Assembly: GCA_020184695.1 (NCBI GenBank)
Contig: JAANOX010000265.1
Span: 123,210-187,209 of the forward strand
Direction: 5' to 3'
Source: Histomonas meleagridis 2922-C6/04-290x
Lineage: Eukaryota > Protista > Parabasalia
DNA: 64,000 nucleotides
The notes beneath the pieces were generated by a model, which was not told the origin of the DNA, did not search any database, and saw nothing but the letters and a program-made list of their open reading frames with translations. Positions 22,311 through 32,495 of the stretch are shown one piece after another (the stretch's first letter is position 1; the number at the start of each line of letters is the position of its first letter). A program made the translations under genes and the position numbers.

Positions 22311-24650
22311 TTGGTTAGATTTTGTTTTGTTGTGTTTTTTTTTGTGGGGAAATTGTATACTTTACTTAAGCACTGCCCCAATCGCTCAAGGAGGAAAATG
22401 CGCTCCTCCGAAAGCTTTCTCAGATTCAGAGATTTAGACACAGTTATCAAATCAGCACCTTACAATAAGCGTTATGGGAATTTACTTTTTGAGCTTCAAC
22501 TAGTCACAAAAAAAATCACATATTTGACTTTTTTTCGTACAGATCCAACTCAAGACAACGTAACTCTACTTAAACGTGTGAATTCAATTCAGCGACCAAC
22601 CATAAAATTTTTAAATCAATTTAATTGGCAAATTTTAAATAGATTATGTGATTCAATCACTTTAATTTTTTCAAATCTTTGCGAAGCTGCTGATGCCATT
22701 GGTACATATTTTTGTATTAATGAAACCAACTTACTTTCATTTTCATATGTCACGTTTCCATCATTATTTGGATTTTTTGTCACAGAAACATTCTCTAAAT
22801 CTGCTTACATCTTTGTCAAACGTCTTATTCGACATTTTCCAGACACCATTTCCAGTTTTTTTGTCACCTCATTTATTCAATGCACACCCATTTTTTTTAA
22901 TTCACTATGGGACACATTTGATAAGATTGTCATTCATTCTCCATGTAATTACATCAACAACGGCGTAATCTTTCAATCCTTTCTTCAATCCTTTCAAACT
23001 GTTCTTTCATCATTTACCAAATATGAAATCAAATGTTTAAAACATTTATATGAAAAATCGAAAACTGCATTTTCCCGAGTTTTTTTTGGCAATTTATTAA
23101 TACCCACCTTTCATTTATATCATCAAAACAAATATAACTTCAAAGAAATCGAAATTATCACCGAAATCTTAAAATTCACTCAAAACAATATTTATTCACC
23201 ACAATTCACAATGATAACGAACATATTATTTAAGCCTAAATATTATCGATGGATACCACCTAATCATGACTTTAATTGTAATAAAATGTGTATTTTCTTG
23301 TCGCCAAATGAAATATTTAATTTGCAAACGATCATTCAAGATTCGAATGTATTTTTTCATTTTAAATTCCAAGAAAATCAATTTATACCTATTGAACATC
23401 AAAATTCTCATGAGATATATTACTTTGAGTTTTCGTTTCAAAACAATTTGTTATTACCGAATAACATTAATAAAGAATTTATGTTTAATAATAAAAATAT
23501 AAATAAAAAATCGGAAATAAAAAATTCACAAAAATATGAAAAAAGTTTTAAACAATTGACGTTTATATCTGATTGTTATCGAATGAATGAAATTGATATC
23601 ATTAAATATCAAAAACAAATTCCGAAAATTTCGTTTTATTTGAATAAAATTTCTTATATAAATGATCCGAAACTATTAAAATATACGGAAAATAAACTTG
23701 AAAATAATATTTTACATGTGTTAAGTTCATTTGATGATTTCATTTCAAATGAATCTCTTCATGAATATTTTTCGAGTATATTATCCTTTAATAAAACATA
23801 TTTTTCTAATATAATTACAATTATTTCCAATAAAATTGTCGGAATAATCGATGTAAACTTCTCAAATTTAATTGAAGATAAAAATTATTCCGGAAAAATC
23901 ATCGAACAAACAGCTATACGTATTGGGATTACAAATCCGAATAATGTATATCGAGAAAATAAGGCCACGATCGAATATACATTTAATAATCCATCGAAAT
24001 GGAACTTGAATCGTCCATTAAGGAAAAACATTAAAAGACATTCAAGTACGGAAAAGTTTGAAACGAAAATATATTTCACAAAAGGCATAAATTATTTAGA
24101 TAAATTTATTATTAATGAAGTTAAGTTATTAATATATTTATATAACTTCGATAAATGGTATCGAATTGATAATAATTTAATTAACTTACGAAAGAAATTT
24201 AATGAATTAATTTTAGGAATAAAATTAAAGAAATTAAATACAAAATTAATGAAAGAATTTAATTCCATTTTTATTAACAGATTAATTTTTTGCTTTAGTC
24301 ACTTTAATGACGGATTTATGGGCCGTAATTTGATTGTTCTTGGAAATTGCGCGTTCCAATATTATCAAATTGCGCATTATTTGTACAAAAAATTAAACAG
24401 AAAAAAATTTAAAAAAATGTCAAAAAAATTGTTGAAATTTTGTTTGATAAATATTAAAGGCGATGGTTTCTTTTATTCGTTTTTCGTGGCTCAGAAAATT
24501 ATGTTCTCGTATCCGGACATAATGAGTTTGTTCCCGCTGAAGGTGCAAAACGCTTTGAAGTTTCTGCAATATAATTTTTTCGAAATTTTAAAAGAAATGG
24601 ATTCAAAGTTATATATTGAATCTAAAGAATGCAGACAGTATTTAGCTTAA
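22311..24650 (+). CDS. Hypothetical protein
   Basis: 779-codon ORF; likely start MRSSESFLRF. No domain recognised. Confidence 0.65.
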   Translation: MVRFCFVVFFFVGKLYTLLKHCPNRSRRKMRSSESFLRFRDLDTVIKSAPYNKRYGNLLFELQLVTKKITYLTFFRTDPTQDNVTLLKRVNSIQRPTIKFLNQFNWQILNRLCDSITLIFSNLCEAADAIGTYFCINETNLLSFSYVTFPSLFGFFVTETFSKSAYIFVKRLIRHFPDTISSFFVTSFIQCTPIFFNSLWDTFDKIVIHSPCNYINNGVIFQSFLQSFQTVLSSFTKYEIKCLKHLYEKSKTAFSRVFFGNLLIPTFHLYHQNKYNFKEIEIITEILKFTQNNIYSPQFTMITNILFKPKYYRWIPPNHDFNCNKMCIFLSPNEIFNLQTIIQDSNVFFHFKFQENQFIPIEHQNSHEIYYFEFSFQNNLLLPNNINKEFMFNNKNINKKSEIKNSQKYEKSFKQLTFISDCYRMNEIDIIKYQKQIPKISFYLNKISYINDPKLLKYTENKLENNILHVLSSFDDFISNESLHEYFSSILSFNKTYFSNIITIISNKIVGIIDVNFSNLIEDKNYSGKIIEQTAIRIGITNPNNVYRENKATIEYTFNNPSKWNLNRPLRKNIKRHSSTEKFETKIYFTKGINYLDKFIINEVKLLIYLYNFDKWYRIDNNLINLRKKFNELILGIKLKKLNTKLMKEFNSIFINRLIFCFSHFNDGFMGRNLIVLGNCAFQYYQIAHYLYKKLNRKKFKKMSKKLLKFCLINIKGDGFFYSFFVAQKIMFSYPDIMSLFPLKVQNALKFLQYNFFEILKEMDSKLYIESKECRQYLA

Positions 24651-25464
24651 TTGTTTTTAATAAAAATGTTTTAAAAAAAATTGTTTTTTGAGCAAAATTG
24701 CATTGTCGCTTTTGATTTACTTCGAAAAAGTTAAAATTTCACTTTTGCTTGCTTTACACACTATCGTCATAAAAACGATGACTTTTGAATGGTTTTGATC
24801 GGTAACTGAATTTAATTAAATATAAATATCTTGGAGAAAAATTATAATAAATCATTAAAATATGATCTAATCAACTTCACTATTTTACCATAATATTAAA
24901 TTAAAATTAAGCAGGTTAAAAATATTTTGCAAATACATTGAGATGAAACTTCATATTCATCTTTGAAAACATCAAATTCATAGCCATAACGCACATGAGG
25001 AAAATTTGATTTTCATTTGCTTGATTAATGCAATTTTAATGTGAAACATTGTTTTTTTACACAAGTGTAAAATTAATTTTTATTATTGATATATTTTATT
25101 AGAAGTAATTTCTGTTTCTGTGTTGATTTATACATCATAAATTTTAATTATAAAAAAAATTTTCAGTGATTTTTTGAGTAACGATCAATGAATCCTAATT
25201 TTTCTGATAAAATAAAAATTACCATAAATGATATGGATAAAATGTTAAGTTTGTATCGATTCTTTCTTTATCTTTAGAAAGATAACAACATTTCTAAATC
25301 ATTAATTGATATTGAATGACTATTCAAATTGACTCAAATTTTGAAATAATTTTTATTTGAAATGATTGGTCGGGAGGCTAAAAGTGCCAGGAAAAGCGGT
25401 TTTTTGGGAGGTTCCGCTTCTCAATCTCTAATGGACCCCATTTCACTCCACTCTTTTTTTTCGA

Positions 25465-25860
25465 ATGGAAAAGTTTCTAGCATTCATCAATAGCTGCGAT
25501 CCTGTATTGGCAAAGGAAGCTATATGCGAAGATGCAATTTTTTATGCGCCAACTTCACCAGAACCATTAAGAGGACCTGAAGGTTATGTTGAAACAGTTA
25601 AATTCATGAGATCCGGTTTCTCGGATATCCAATGGGCAATCATTCAATCTGTAAAAGAAGGAGATAAAATTGCTGTTTATTGGTCACTTACAGGAACTCA
25701 CGACGGAACTTTTATGGGAGTTCCACCAACTGGAAGAAAGATTCAAGGAAGAAGCATGTGCATTTATGAATTCAAAGATGGAAAAATTTTGAAAGAAACA
25801 GGAATTCCCGATATTTTTGGAATTCTTCAGCAAATCGGAGGAATTCCATCACCTCAATAA
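25465..25860 (+). CDS. SnoaL-like ester cyclase (NTF2-like fold)
   Basis: EGDKIAVYWSLTGTHDGTFMGVPPTGRKI...YEFKDGKI signature. Inr-like TTCACT at about 25441. Confidence 0.9.
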   Translation: MEKFLAFINSCDPVLAKEAICEDAIFYAPTSPEPLRGPEGYVETVKFMRSGFSDIQWAIIQSVKEGDKIAVYWSLTGTHDGTFMGVPPTGRKIQGRSMCIYEFKDGKILKETGIPDIFGILQQIGGIPSPQ

Positions 25861-26174
25861 ACTTCTTTAAAAAATTCAGTTTTTATGCTGTAATATCAAT
25901 CAAATGAGAAGAATTTTGAACCATTGTAACTTTCACATGTGAATGTATTGCAATACATTAAGCTACTCTCAAGCTTGTTATTAATGCGAATAGAAACAAC
26001 AATATATTGTTCAATCTGTATCATTTTCATTTTAATCATTTTAACAACTACATCGAATTTTTGGTACATTCAATCGTTATTGTGAAAACTTTCAAGATGC
26101 AGATGAAAATTTTATATTCAGCTTTACAGACACATCAAATCAAGAAAAAGAGAAATTGTTTATTTCTAATGTTT

Positions 26175-27599
26175 TTATTGAGTTCCGAAGTATTGCGGGT
26201 AAGTTGTTGCCAATTCTTCTGCAAATTCAGCAATTTCCTGATTTTCCATTGCACAAATTTCATTGAAAGTATCCAACGAATAAAACTCATTAAATTCTGT
26301 TGCAATGAAATCATCGAAACCTTCAATACTAAGAAGTATTTTAATTGCTGTTAAAGCTTTCTTTCTGATTTCATCATCTTCAATATCCAAAGCTTTAATC
26401 ATTATGCCTAAAGCTCCTTCATGTAATATTTGTATTAAAGAATCAATTGACGCAGTTTGTGTTGCATTACCAATAGCTTCTTCAATGTTATATCGCATAT
26501 CAAATGTTCCATCATCATATCTTAATACTAATGGTTTCATTACTTCTCTTTGTATCATAAAATCAGTCATTGCTTCACTTGTCATAATATTACTAATTGC
26601 ATCTGCTGTTAACATTACTATGCTTTCGTCTGGATCAAGTAACAATTGAATAAGTGAATCATAATCAAAATTTTCAATAAAATGATCAGTATAATAATAA
26701 ATTGATGAAATAATTTTAAGAATTGGTTCAATAAGTTCATTATTTTTTGTGTGCAATGCTTCAGTAAGAAAATTAACAAATATGGAACTGGCTATAAGTG
26801 CATGTGCCATAGATGTAGAACGAATAAGTGATGGAACAATCCAAAATATCCAATAATTATCGACTTGATTCGAGATTTTGGAAAGAGAAAAGACGATAGC
26901 TTTGAAAAAGTCGGGAAAAAAATTTGATGTATCAGCAAAAGAAAGGAGATAAAGAAGCTGCGTTATATGTTTATAGATCTTTGGATTTGTATAGTGAACA
27001 GAAAGAACAATAATGATTGGTTCAAGTGTAAGTTGATCTAGAATAAGTTGAGAAAATCGTAGAGGATTTGTTGACACTATGTTTATAAGAATTCGAAGAA
27101 GATTTACAATGACTTTTGGCTCAGAGTGTATAAGAAATTGTCCAATAGTTGGAATAATTTCAAGAGATAAGAAAAATTTCGAAAATTCTTCACTATCACA
27201 AAGATTTGAAATTATTTTAAGACACTTAGCTTTGATGTATACGTCAATTTGAATGTCATCAGAGAGACCATGTCCAAGAAGAATTTTGACTGTATTAAAT
27301 TGATTTAAAATATCAATATTTTTAAATATAAATGATGATGAAAGCTTATAAAGTTCTTCTAGTGATTCTATGAAGTTATCAAAATCTGAGTTAAATCCTG
27401 ATTCTTGGAAGATTTTCATAATTTCTAAAGCATCATTTGGATTTGACAGATCTGGTTTTGGAGTACGATTAATCTTTTGATCACTAGGATAAAATGCTAC
27501 TCTTCTATTTTTTTTTTTGGATTCAGCTAATTTGTAATTACTAATAATTGAAAATATGACCGTTAAAAACCGTTCTGACCAGTGTTTTTTCAATGACAA
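26175..27599 (-). CDS. Armadillo-repeat protein, importin-alpha-like
   Basis: ARM-type helical repeats (CLKIISNL, LRILINI, ADAISNI, EAIGNA). Confidence 0.65.
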   Translation of the reverse strand: MSLKKHWSERFLTVIFSIISNYKLAESKKKNRRVAFYPSDQKINRTPKPDLSNPNDALEIMKIFQESGFNSDFDNFIESLEELYKLSSSFIFKNIDILNQFNTVKILLGHGLSDDIQIDVYIKAKCLKIISNLCDSEEFSKFFLSLEIIPTIGQFLIHSEPKVIVNLLRILINIVSTNPLRFSQLILDQLTLEPIIIVLSVHYTNPKIYKHITQLLYLLSFADTSNFFPDFFKAIVFSLSKISNQVDNYWIFWIVPSLIRSTSMAHALIASSIFVNFLTEALHTKNNELIEPILKIISSIYYYTDHFIENFDYDSLIQLLLDPDESIVMLTADAISNIMTSEAMTDFMIQREVMKPLVLRYDDGTFDMRYNIEEAIGNATQTASIDSLIQILHEGALGIMIKALDIEDDEIRKKALTAIKILLSIEGFDDFIATEFNEFYSLDTFNEICAMENQEIAEFAEELATTYPQYFGTQ

Positions 27600-27648
27600 A
27601 AATAATTGAGAATTAATATTTTGACATATAAAGACCGAGAAAGAAAAA

Positions 27649-29490
27649 ATGCTAAGAAATACCCAAAAAAATGATGAAAAAATACTTGATTTATCTGGCG
27701 AAAATTATTGGTGTAAGGTAACATACACAAAACTTCAAGCAAGTTTAATTCCTGGATTAATTAGTATTGATCTTTCAACAAATCATATCACTTATGATTC
27801 TGCTCAATTACTTGCAGAATATTTTAGCACAAGCGATACGCTTCGTTTTGTTTCGCTTATCGAAACCCACATAACCACAGAATCATCAATTTTAATTTTT
27901 GAATCTCTTGCTTCATCACAAATTATTGAATTTTATGCAGATGACAATATATTTAATGTTGATGCCTGTAAAGTTCTAGGTGAAACTCTCTCCAAAGATC
28001 CACCACTTCAAGTTCTGAGCTTATGTGGATGTGATATTACAGCTGAAGGTGGTGATTTTATTTCAAATTCTCTTGTCTCTAATACGCATCTTAAACATCT
28101 TCGTCTTGAATCCAATTCTATTTATGATAGTTCTGCCAAAAACTTTGGTCTTGTCTTACCAAATACATCGCTTGAATATTTTGGTATATCAGATAATCAA
28201 ATTTGGTTTGAAGGCACTGATGCCATAATCGAAGGAGCAAAAAGCAGTCATTTACATTCATTAGACTTAGGATATAATATGGTAAATTTGCGTTTACTTT
28301 CGCAATGTTTAGTTTCTAATCCAAACATTAAATCATTAAGTATTAGTGGCTGCAAAGTTAAAGAAGAAGAAGTTATTGAATTTTTGGAATCACTTCCATC
28401 CACAGCCTTAGAGACACTTATTATGGATGGCTTTAATTTTTATACGTTACCAATTTCATGGCCTAAAGTTAAAGATGTCACATGGAATAATGCATCTTAT
28501 TTTGATGCTCTTCTTGTGATTTTATCATATTTCCAATCGATACATGATTTAAGGCTTGGCTTTTTAGATTTAAATCAAATTTCGTCGGTACAAAAAGTAT
28601 TAGAAAACAATGAAAAAAATGATTTAATCATTAGTTTACATGATTTTGGTAAAACGAATTGTTGTTGGCTATTTATATTTCCTGGATTTAGAGTTATTAG
28701 TCCAACAAATACATTTGTATGGAAGAATAATGTAACAAATCAAAACCCAAATATCATTGGTACGATACTTGAAAATGTATTAATTGAAGATCGAGATGAA
28801 ACTGAAAGAATCGAAAATATCATTATGCAAAACGTTAGCATAACTGATGAGTTTTTAAGTGGAATGTTGGAATGTATTAAAGATAATCCATTAGTTACAT
28901 TGGATTTATGTGGTAATAATTTAACAAATGTTTCAATTGATGAAATATTAAATTATTTACCTGTATTGAGAATTAATAATTTGTTTTTGGAGGGTAATAA
29001 TTTCGATGATGAAGCATTATCGAAGTTATTTAATGGAATTAAAGAGAATTTTGATTTGACTGAAATTTCATTTACTTTTGTTTCCGATGATTTAAATGAA
29101 TTATCAGTACATAATTGTTTTGTAGAACTCGGAAAAGTAATTAAGGAAAATACAAACATTAAAAGAATTAAAGCATCTGGAAAAATTACTTCAAATGACG
29201 TATTGGAAATTGTTTCGAACCTTTCGTTTAATTCCAACCTAAAAATTCTCGAAATAGATACGGAACATTGTAAAAAATATATGTGTCCAGACCCTGAAAT
29301 GGATGAAAATGTACAAATCGCTTTCGATCATTTATATGAAAAATTGTATACAACTTTAAGAGATAAGAAATCTTTGTGTAAGCTAAGTGCAATCGTGTAT
29401 CCTTTGTTCACTGACGTGTTCGCGTATAGCGAAAAGGCAATAAAAATGTGGCCTGAAATTGAGGCGAGAATGAATGCAAATGCGCAATGA
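27649..29490 (+). CDS. RNI-like leucine-rich repeat protein
   Basis: IDLSTNHI, LSLCGCDI, LRLESNSI, LDLGYNMV, LDLCGNNL repeats. Confidence 0.85.
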   Translation: MLRNTQKNDEKILDLSGENYWCKVTYTKLQASLIPGLISIDLSTNHITYDSAQLLAEYFSTSDTLRFVSLIETHITTESSILIFESLASSQIIEFYADDNIFNVDACKVLGETLSKDPPLQVLSLCGCDITAEGGDFISNSLVSNTHLKHLRLESNSIYDSSAKNFGLVLPNTSLEYFGISDNQIWFEGTDAIIEGAKSSHLHSLDLGYNMVNLRLLSQCLVSNPNIKSLSISGCKVKEEEVIEFLESLPSTALETLIMDGFNFYTLPISWPKVKDVTWNNASYFDALLVILSYFQSIHDLRLGFLDLNQISSVQKVLENNEKNDLIISLHDFGKTNCCWLFIFPGFRVISPTNTFVWKNNVTNQNPNIIGTILENVLIEDRDETERIENIIMQNVSITDEFLSGMLECIKDNPLVTLDLCGNNLTNVSIDEILNYLPVLRINNLFLEGNNFDDEALSKLFNGIKENFDLTEISFTFVSDDLNELSVHNCFVELGKVIKENTNIKRIKASGKITSNDVLEIVSNLSFNSNLKILEIDTEHCKKYMCPDPEMDENVQIAFDHLYEKLYTTLRDKKSLCKLSAIVYPLFTDVFAYSEKAIKMWPEIEARMNANAQ

Positions 29491-29690
29491 CATTTTAGAG
29501 ATTGTGTGTAAAAATAATATTATTTTAAATTGTAAAATGTTGTGGTTCAAATCGGATTAGAATGAAAAGATTAATTTGAATAGAAAGAAATTTTTTATGA
29601 ACAGTTTTCGATTTATTGAACATTAAAAAATATTAGAAATAATCACAATAATAATATTTATTAAACATACAAAAAAAATTATAATGTTTT

Positions 29691-30497
29691 TCAATCAGAA
29701 TCAAAAGCGGAATCAGCATCAGTGAACTCGTCGTCATCCATTCCAATTTGTGAAGCTTCGTTTGCGACAGCATAAACTTCACTTTCGAGCGCGCTGACCT
29801 TTTCCTTTACTTCGCCCGATATTGTCGATGGCAATGCCTCCTTCACAAGTTCATCAATTTCATCTGTACATTCATGTAACTGGTTTCTTCTTTCGCGTAA
29901 TGCATCAATAATAATGTGTTTATATTCATCAGTACAAAACATAAAATTTCGTTTGTCCATTAAATCGATCAAATATCGCATTTCTTGGAAAAAATTAGAG
30001 TAATTTGAAACATATTGATCAACTAAAAAGTTCAATTTTTTGCTTTGTCGTTGATTTCTAATTTCTGTTTTCGTCGGCCCATTTGTAAAAAAGCTCTCAA
30101 TAATTTTAAATTGAGGATATAAATTGGAAAAACGTTCAGACCATTGATGAAGTGCATATGGAAAAATATGACTTATTCGCTCTGAAAACTCTGGAGGTAG
30201 CGGAAGATTGTCATAAAATAATTTAAGGAAATCAATAACATACGAATGAGCAAAAAGTTGGCGAAAATGTGCAGAACGAGATATAAAAAAATGCAAAATT
30301 TGTAAACACAAAAAACGAACTTGAGATGAATCATTCTTGGATCTATCTTGAAGTAGTGAAAAAAATGGAGGATAAAGTAAATTATTCCTTCTAAGCAATT
30401 TTGAAAGATTCCCCAAAATCTCTTTATTTAATTCATCACAATATCTTTTGGAAGGAGTAAGCTTACGAATTAATATTGATAAATCATTTGGTTCCAT
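29691..30497 (-). CDS. UVSSA: UVSSA-like protein (N-terminal VHS-like domain)
   Basis: SQVRFLCLQILHFFISRSAHFRQLF...PLPP...QWSERFSNLY parallels the UVSSA N-terminal domain (EIRLSAFQIVEELFVRSHQFR...PLPPP...GWNEKFGEAY). The protein is short. Confidence 0.65.
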   Translation of the reverse strand: MEPNDLSILIRKLTPSKRYCDELNKEILGNLSKLLRRNNLLYPPFFSLLQDRSKNDSSQVRFLCLQILHFFISRSAHFRQLFAHSYVIDFLKLFYDNLPLPPEFSERISHIFPYALHQWSERFSNLYPQFKIIESFFTNGPTKTEIRNQRQSKKLNFLVDQYVSNYSNFFQEMRYLIDLMDKRNFMFCTDEYKHIIIDALRERRNQLHECTDEIDELVKEALPSTISGEVKEKVSALESEVYAVANEASQIGMDDDEFTDADSAFDSD

Positions 30498-30575
30498 TAG
30501 AGATAACGTTTATTTTAAAATTGACGATTTGGGGTACCCCATCAATGTGATCACCTCAAAAAGTGGTACAAAGAA

Positions 30576-31319
30576 ATGGAAGCACAAATCAGCGAAATCC
30601 AAAAGCTCGTTTTTAATGGAAAAGTCCCTCTTCGTTTTGTCTTTCCAAGTATTGCCGCTCCTTTATGCTTCGATGCTAATCGTACCATTTCTTTAGGATA
30701 TTTTACATACAATTTTCTCGGATACTTTATCGAAAAGGAAGAAAATTTGAAGGACATGTGGTTCTGCGCTGAAGGTCAACCAATAAAATGGCAATTACCA
30801 TTAGGTGTAATTTATGATGTTCTCAGGCCAAATGTCGAAACATTCTCTCCACTAACCATAGAAGTACGGTTTGATAATTTTCCAGAAGGGAAAGTTCTCC
30901 GTTGTGATTCTTTCCAAACAGCTATCCAATTTTTCAATCATACTTTCAAAGAATCATGTTTTTTGGCATATGGTAATTGTAACCTTGTCCAAGCCAACAC
31001 AGATATTCACAAAAATATTGCAGAATCTGTAGTTGAAAATGATTATTCAAAGTTTAAAAACTTATTTGAATTGCACACAAAGGAAATTTCCTCCTGGAAA
31101 ATGTGGCCGATTAAATTCTTAGATAAAGAATTTAATGTTACAAATTCTCTGTTGACTGCAGAGGATGGACAAACACTAAAAAGTGCACTCGAATTCAAAG
31201 GAATTAATGCAGAAAAAGTGACAATCCATGGAGTGAATATTCCCCTCGAGTCACCACTCAAGGATTTAATGAGCATTATGGTATATCCTGATGGATTTCT
31301 ATATGCTTCTACTAACTAA
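30576..31319 (+). CDS. ATG5: Autophagy protein 5
   Basis: GKVPL, WFCAEGQPIKWQLPLGVIYDVL, LTIEVRFDNFP, FNHTFKES (conserved acceptor-Lys position). Confidence 0.85.
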   Translation: MEAQISEIQKLVFNGKVPLRFVFPSIAAPLCFDANRTISLGYFTYNFLGYFIEKEENLKDMWFCAEGQPIKWQLPLGVIYDVLRPNVETFSPLTIEVRFDNFPEGKVLRCDSFQTAIQFFNHTFKESCFLAYGNCNLVQANTDIHKNIAESVVENDYSKFKNLFELHTKEISSWKMWPIKFLDKEFNVTNSLLTAEDGQTLKSALEFKGINAEKVTIHGVNIPLESPLKDLMSIMVYPDGFLYASTN

Positions 31320-31626
31320 TAAATCTTTAACGCACGATATGTTTTTAGCTCATGAAATTATTTATAAGGAATTTTTAATTAAAAAAATGAATAAAATATG
31401 AATAAATACATCGAAATTTATAATTTATGATTAAAAAAAGTTGGTTTTAAAACAAACATCCTAAATCAAAAGCAATCATTTTAAGAATTAACAAATTTAT
31501 GAAAAGTTTTCTAAACTAAAATTCAAAAATTCAACTAAAATTTTTCATTAATGAATCCAAGATGCACCTTATTTAAAAATTTTTGTGGCTTTGATGATGG
31601 AAAATGTAACACGCCTTTATTAAGAC

Positions 31627-32349
31627 ATGTTATGTGAAAATTTTTGTTGGAGGAATACATTTAGCAAAATGGCTTCTTCTAGCATGACCTATGTGATTTC
31701 AAACAGAACAAGAATGTGGCGTGGATCTACACAGTCAATATCCGTTGATCCATCCTCAATGGGATCATGGAACTGTTGTTCAATTTGTTATCACCCAGCA
31801 CGAATTCCATATTGTTGTCCAAATGGTGATGTATTCTGTAAAGAATGCATCCTTGAATGCCTTTTATCACACCCTTCAGCTGCAAAAATAAAAGAAAAGG
31901 AAACAAATGAGAAAGATATTAATTTATTCCTTCAAACGCAAAAAATAGCCCCAATAGAAGATAACCCAGTTGAGCAACAGGAAAAAGCAATTCCAGTTAA
32001 ACCACAAAAGAAACGCGTTAAAGTTAGATGCCCAGCATGCAAAAAGCGTATTAAGTGGAATATGATGCTTCCACTTAGTTATGCAGAAAATAGTGAAGGG
32101 CCAATATGTTGTGGTTGTCAAGGTGCACTCATTGGCAGTTGTAGAGCAGAAAGACTTCCATGTTCACATGTAATTTGTTCGGAATGTTACAACCATATGG
32201 TTTCAATAGACAAGCAATGTCCAAAATGTGGGCAAAAATTCAATTCTCCTGATGAAGCAATCTTATTGAACAAAACAGTTCTTGAAAAAATTGGTTCTGA
32301 TGGTTGTATTTCTATTAAGGCAGCTGCAATGATTGCTCCCTTCGGATGA
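31627..32349 (+). CDS. RING-finger protein, NOSIP-like
   Basis: N-terminal CSIC...PYCCPNGDVFCKECILE and C-terminal RING (C..C...PCSHVICSEC...CPKC). Likely start MASSS. Confidence 0.65.
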   Translation: MLCENFCWRNTFSKMASSSMTYVISNRTRMWRGSTQSISVDPSSMGSWNCCSICYHPARIPYCCPNGDVFCKECILECLLSHPSAAKIKEKETNEKDINLFLQTQKIAPIEDNPVEQQEKAIPVKPQKKRVKVRCPACKKRIKWNMMLPLSYAENSEGPICCGCQGALIGSCRAERLPCSHVICSECYNHMVSIDKQCPKCGQKFNSPDEAILLNKTVLEKIGSDGCISIKAAAMIAPFG

Positions 32350-32495
32350 AAAAAAATATATAAAATACATTTTTAGGTGGATTTTGACTATTTATTTTTC
32401 TGTTTGTTTTGATCGTTTTCTTATTTTGTTGTAAATCATTCAATATTTTTAACATATTCAGTGAAATCGTTTTTTAATTTTCAAAAAAATTTAAA

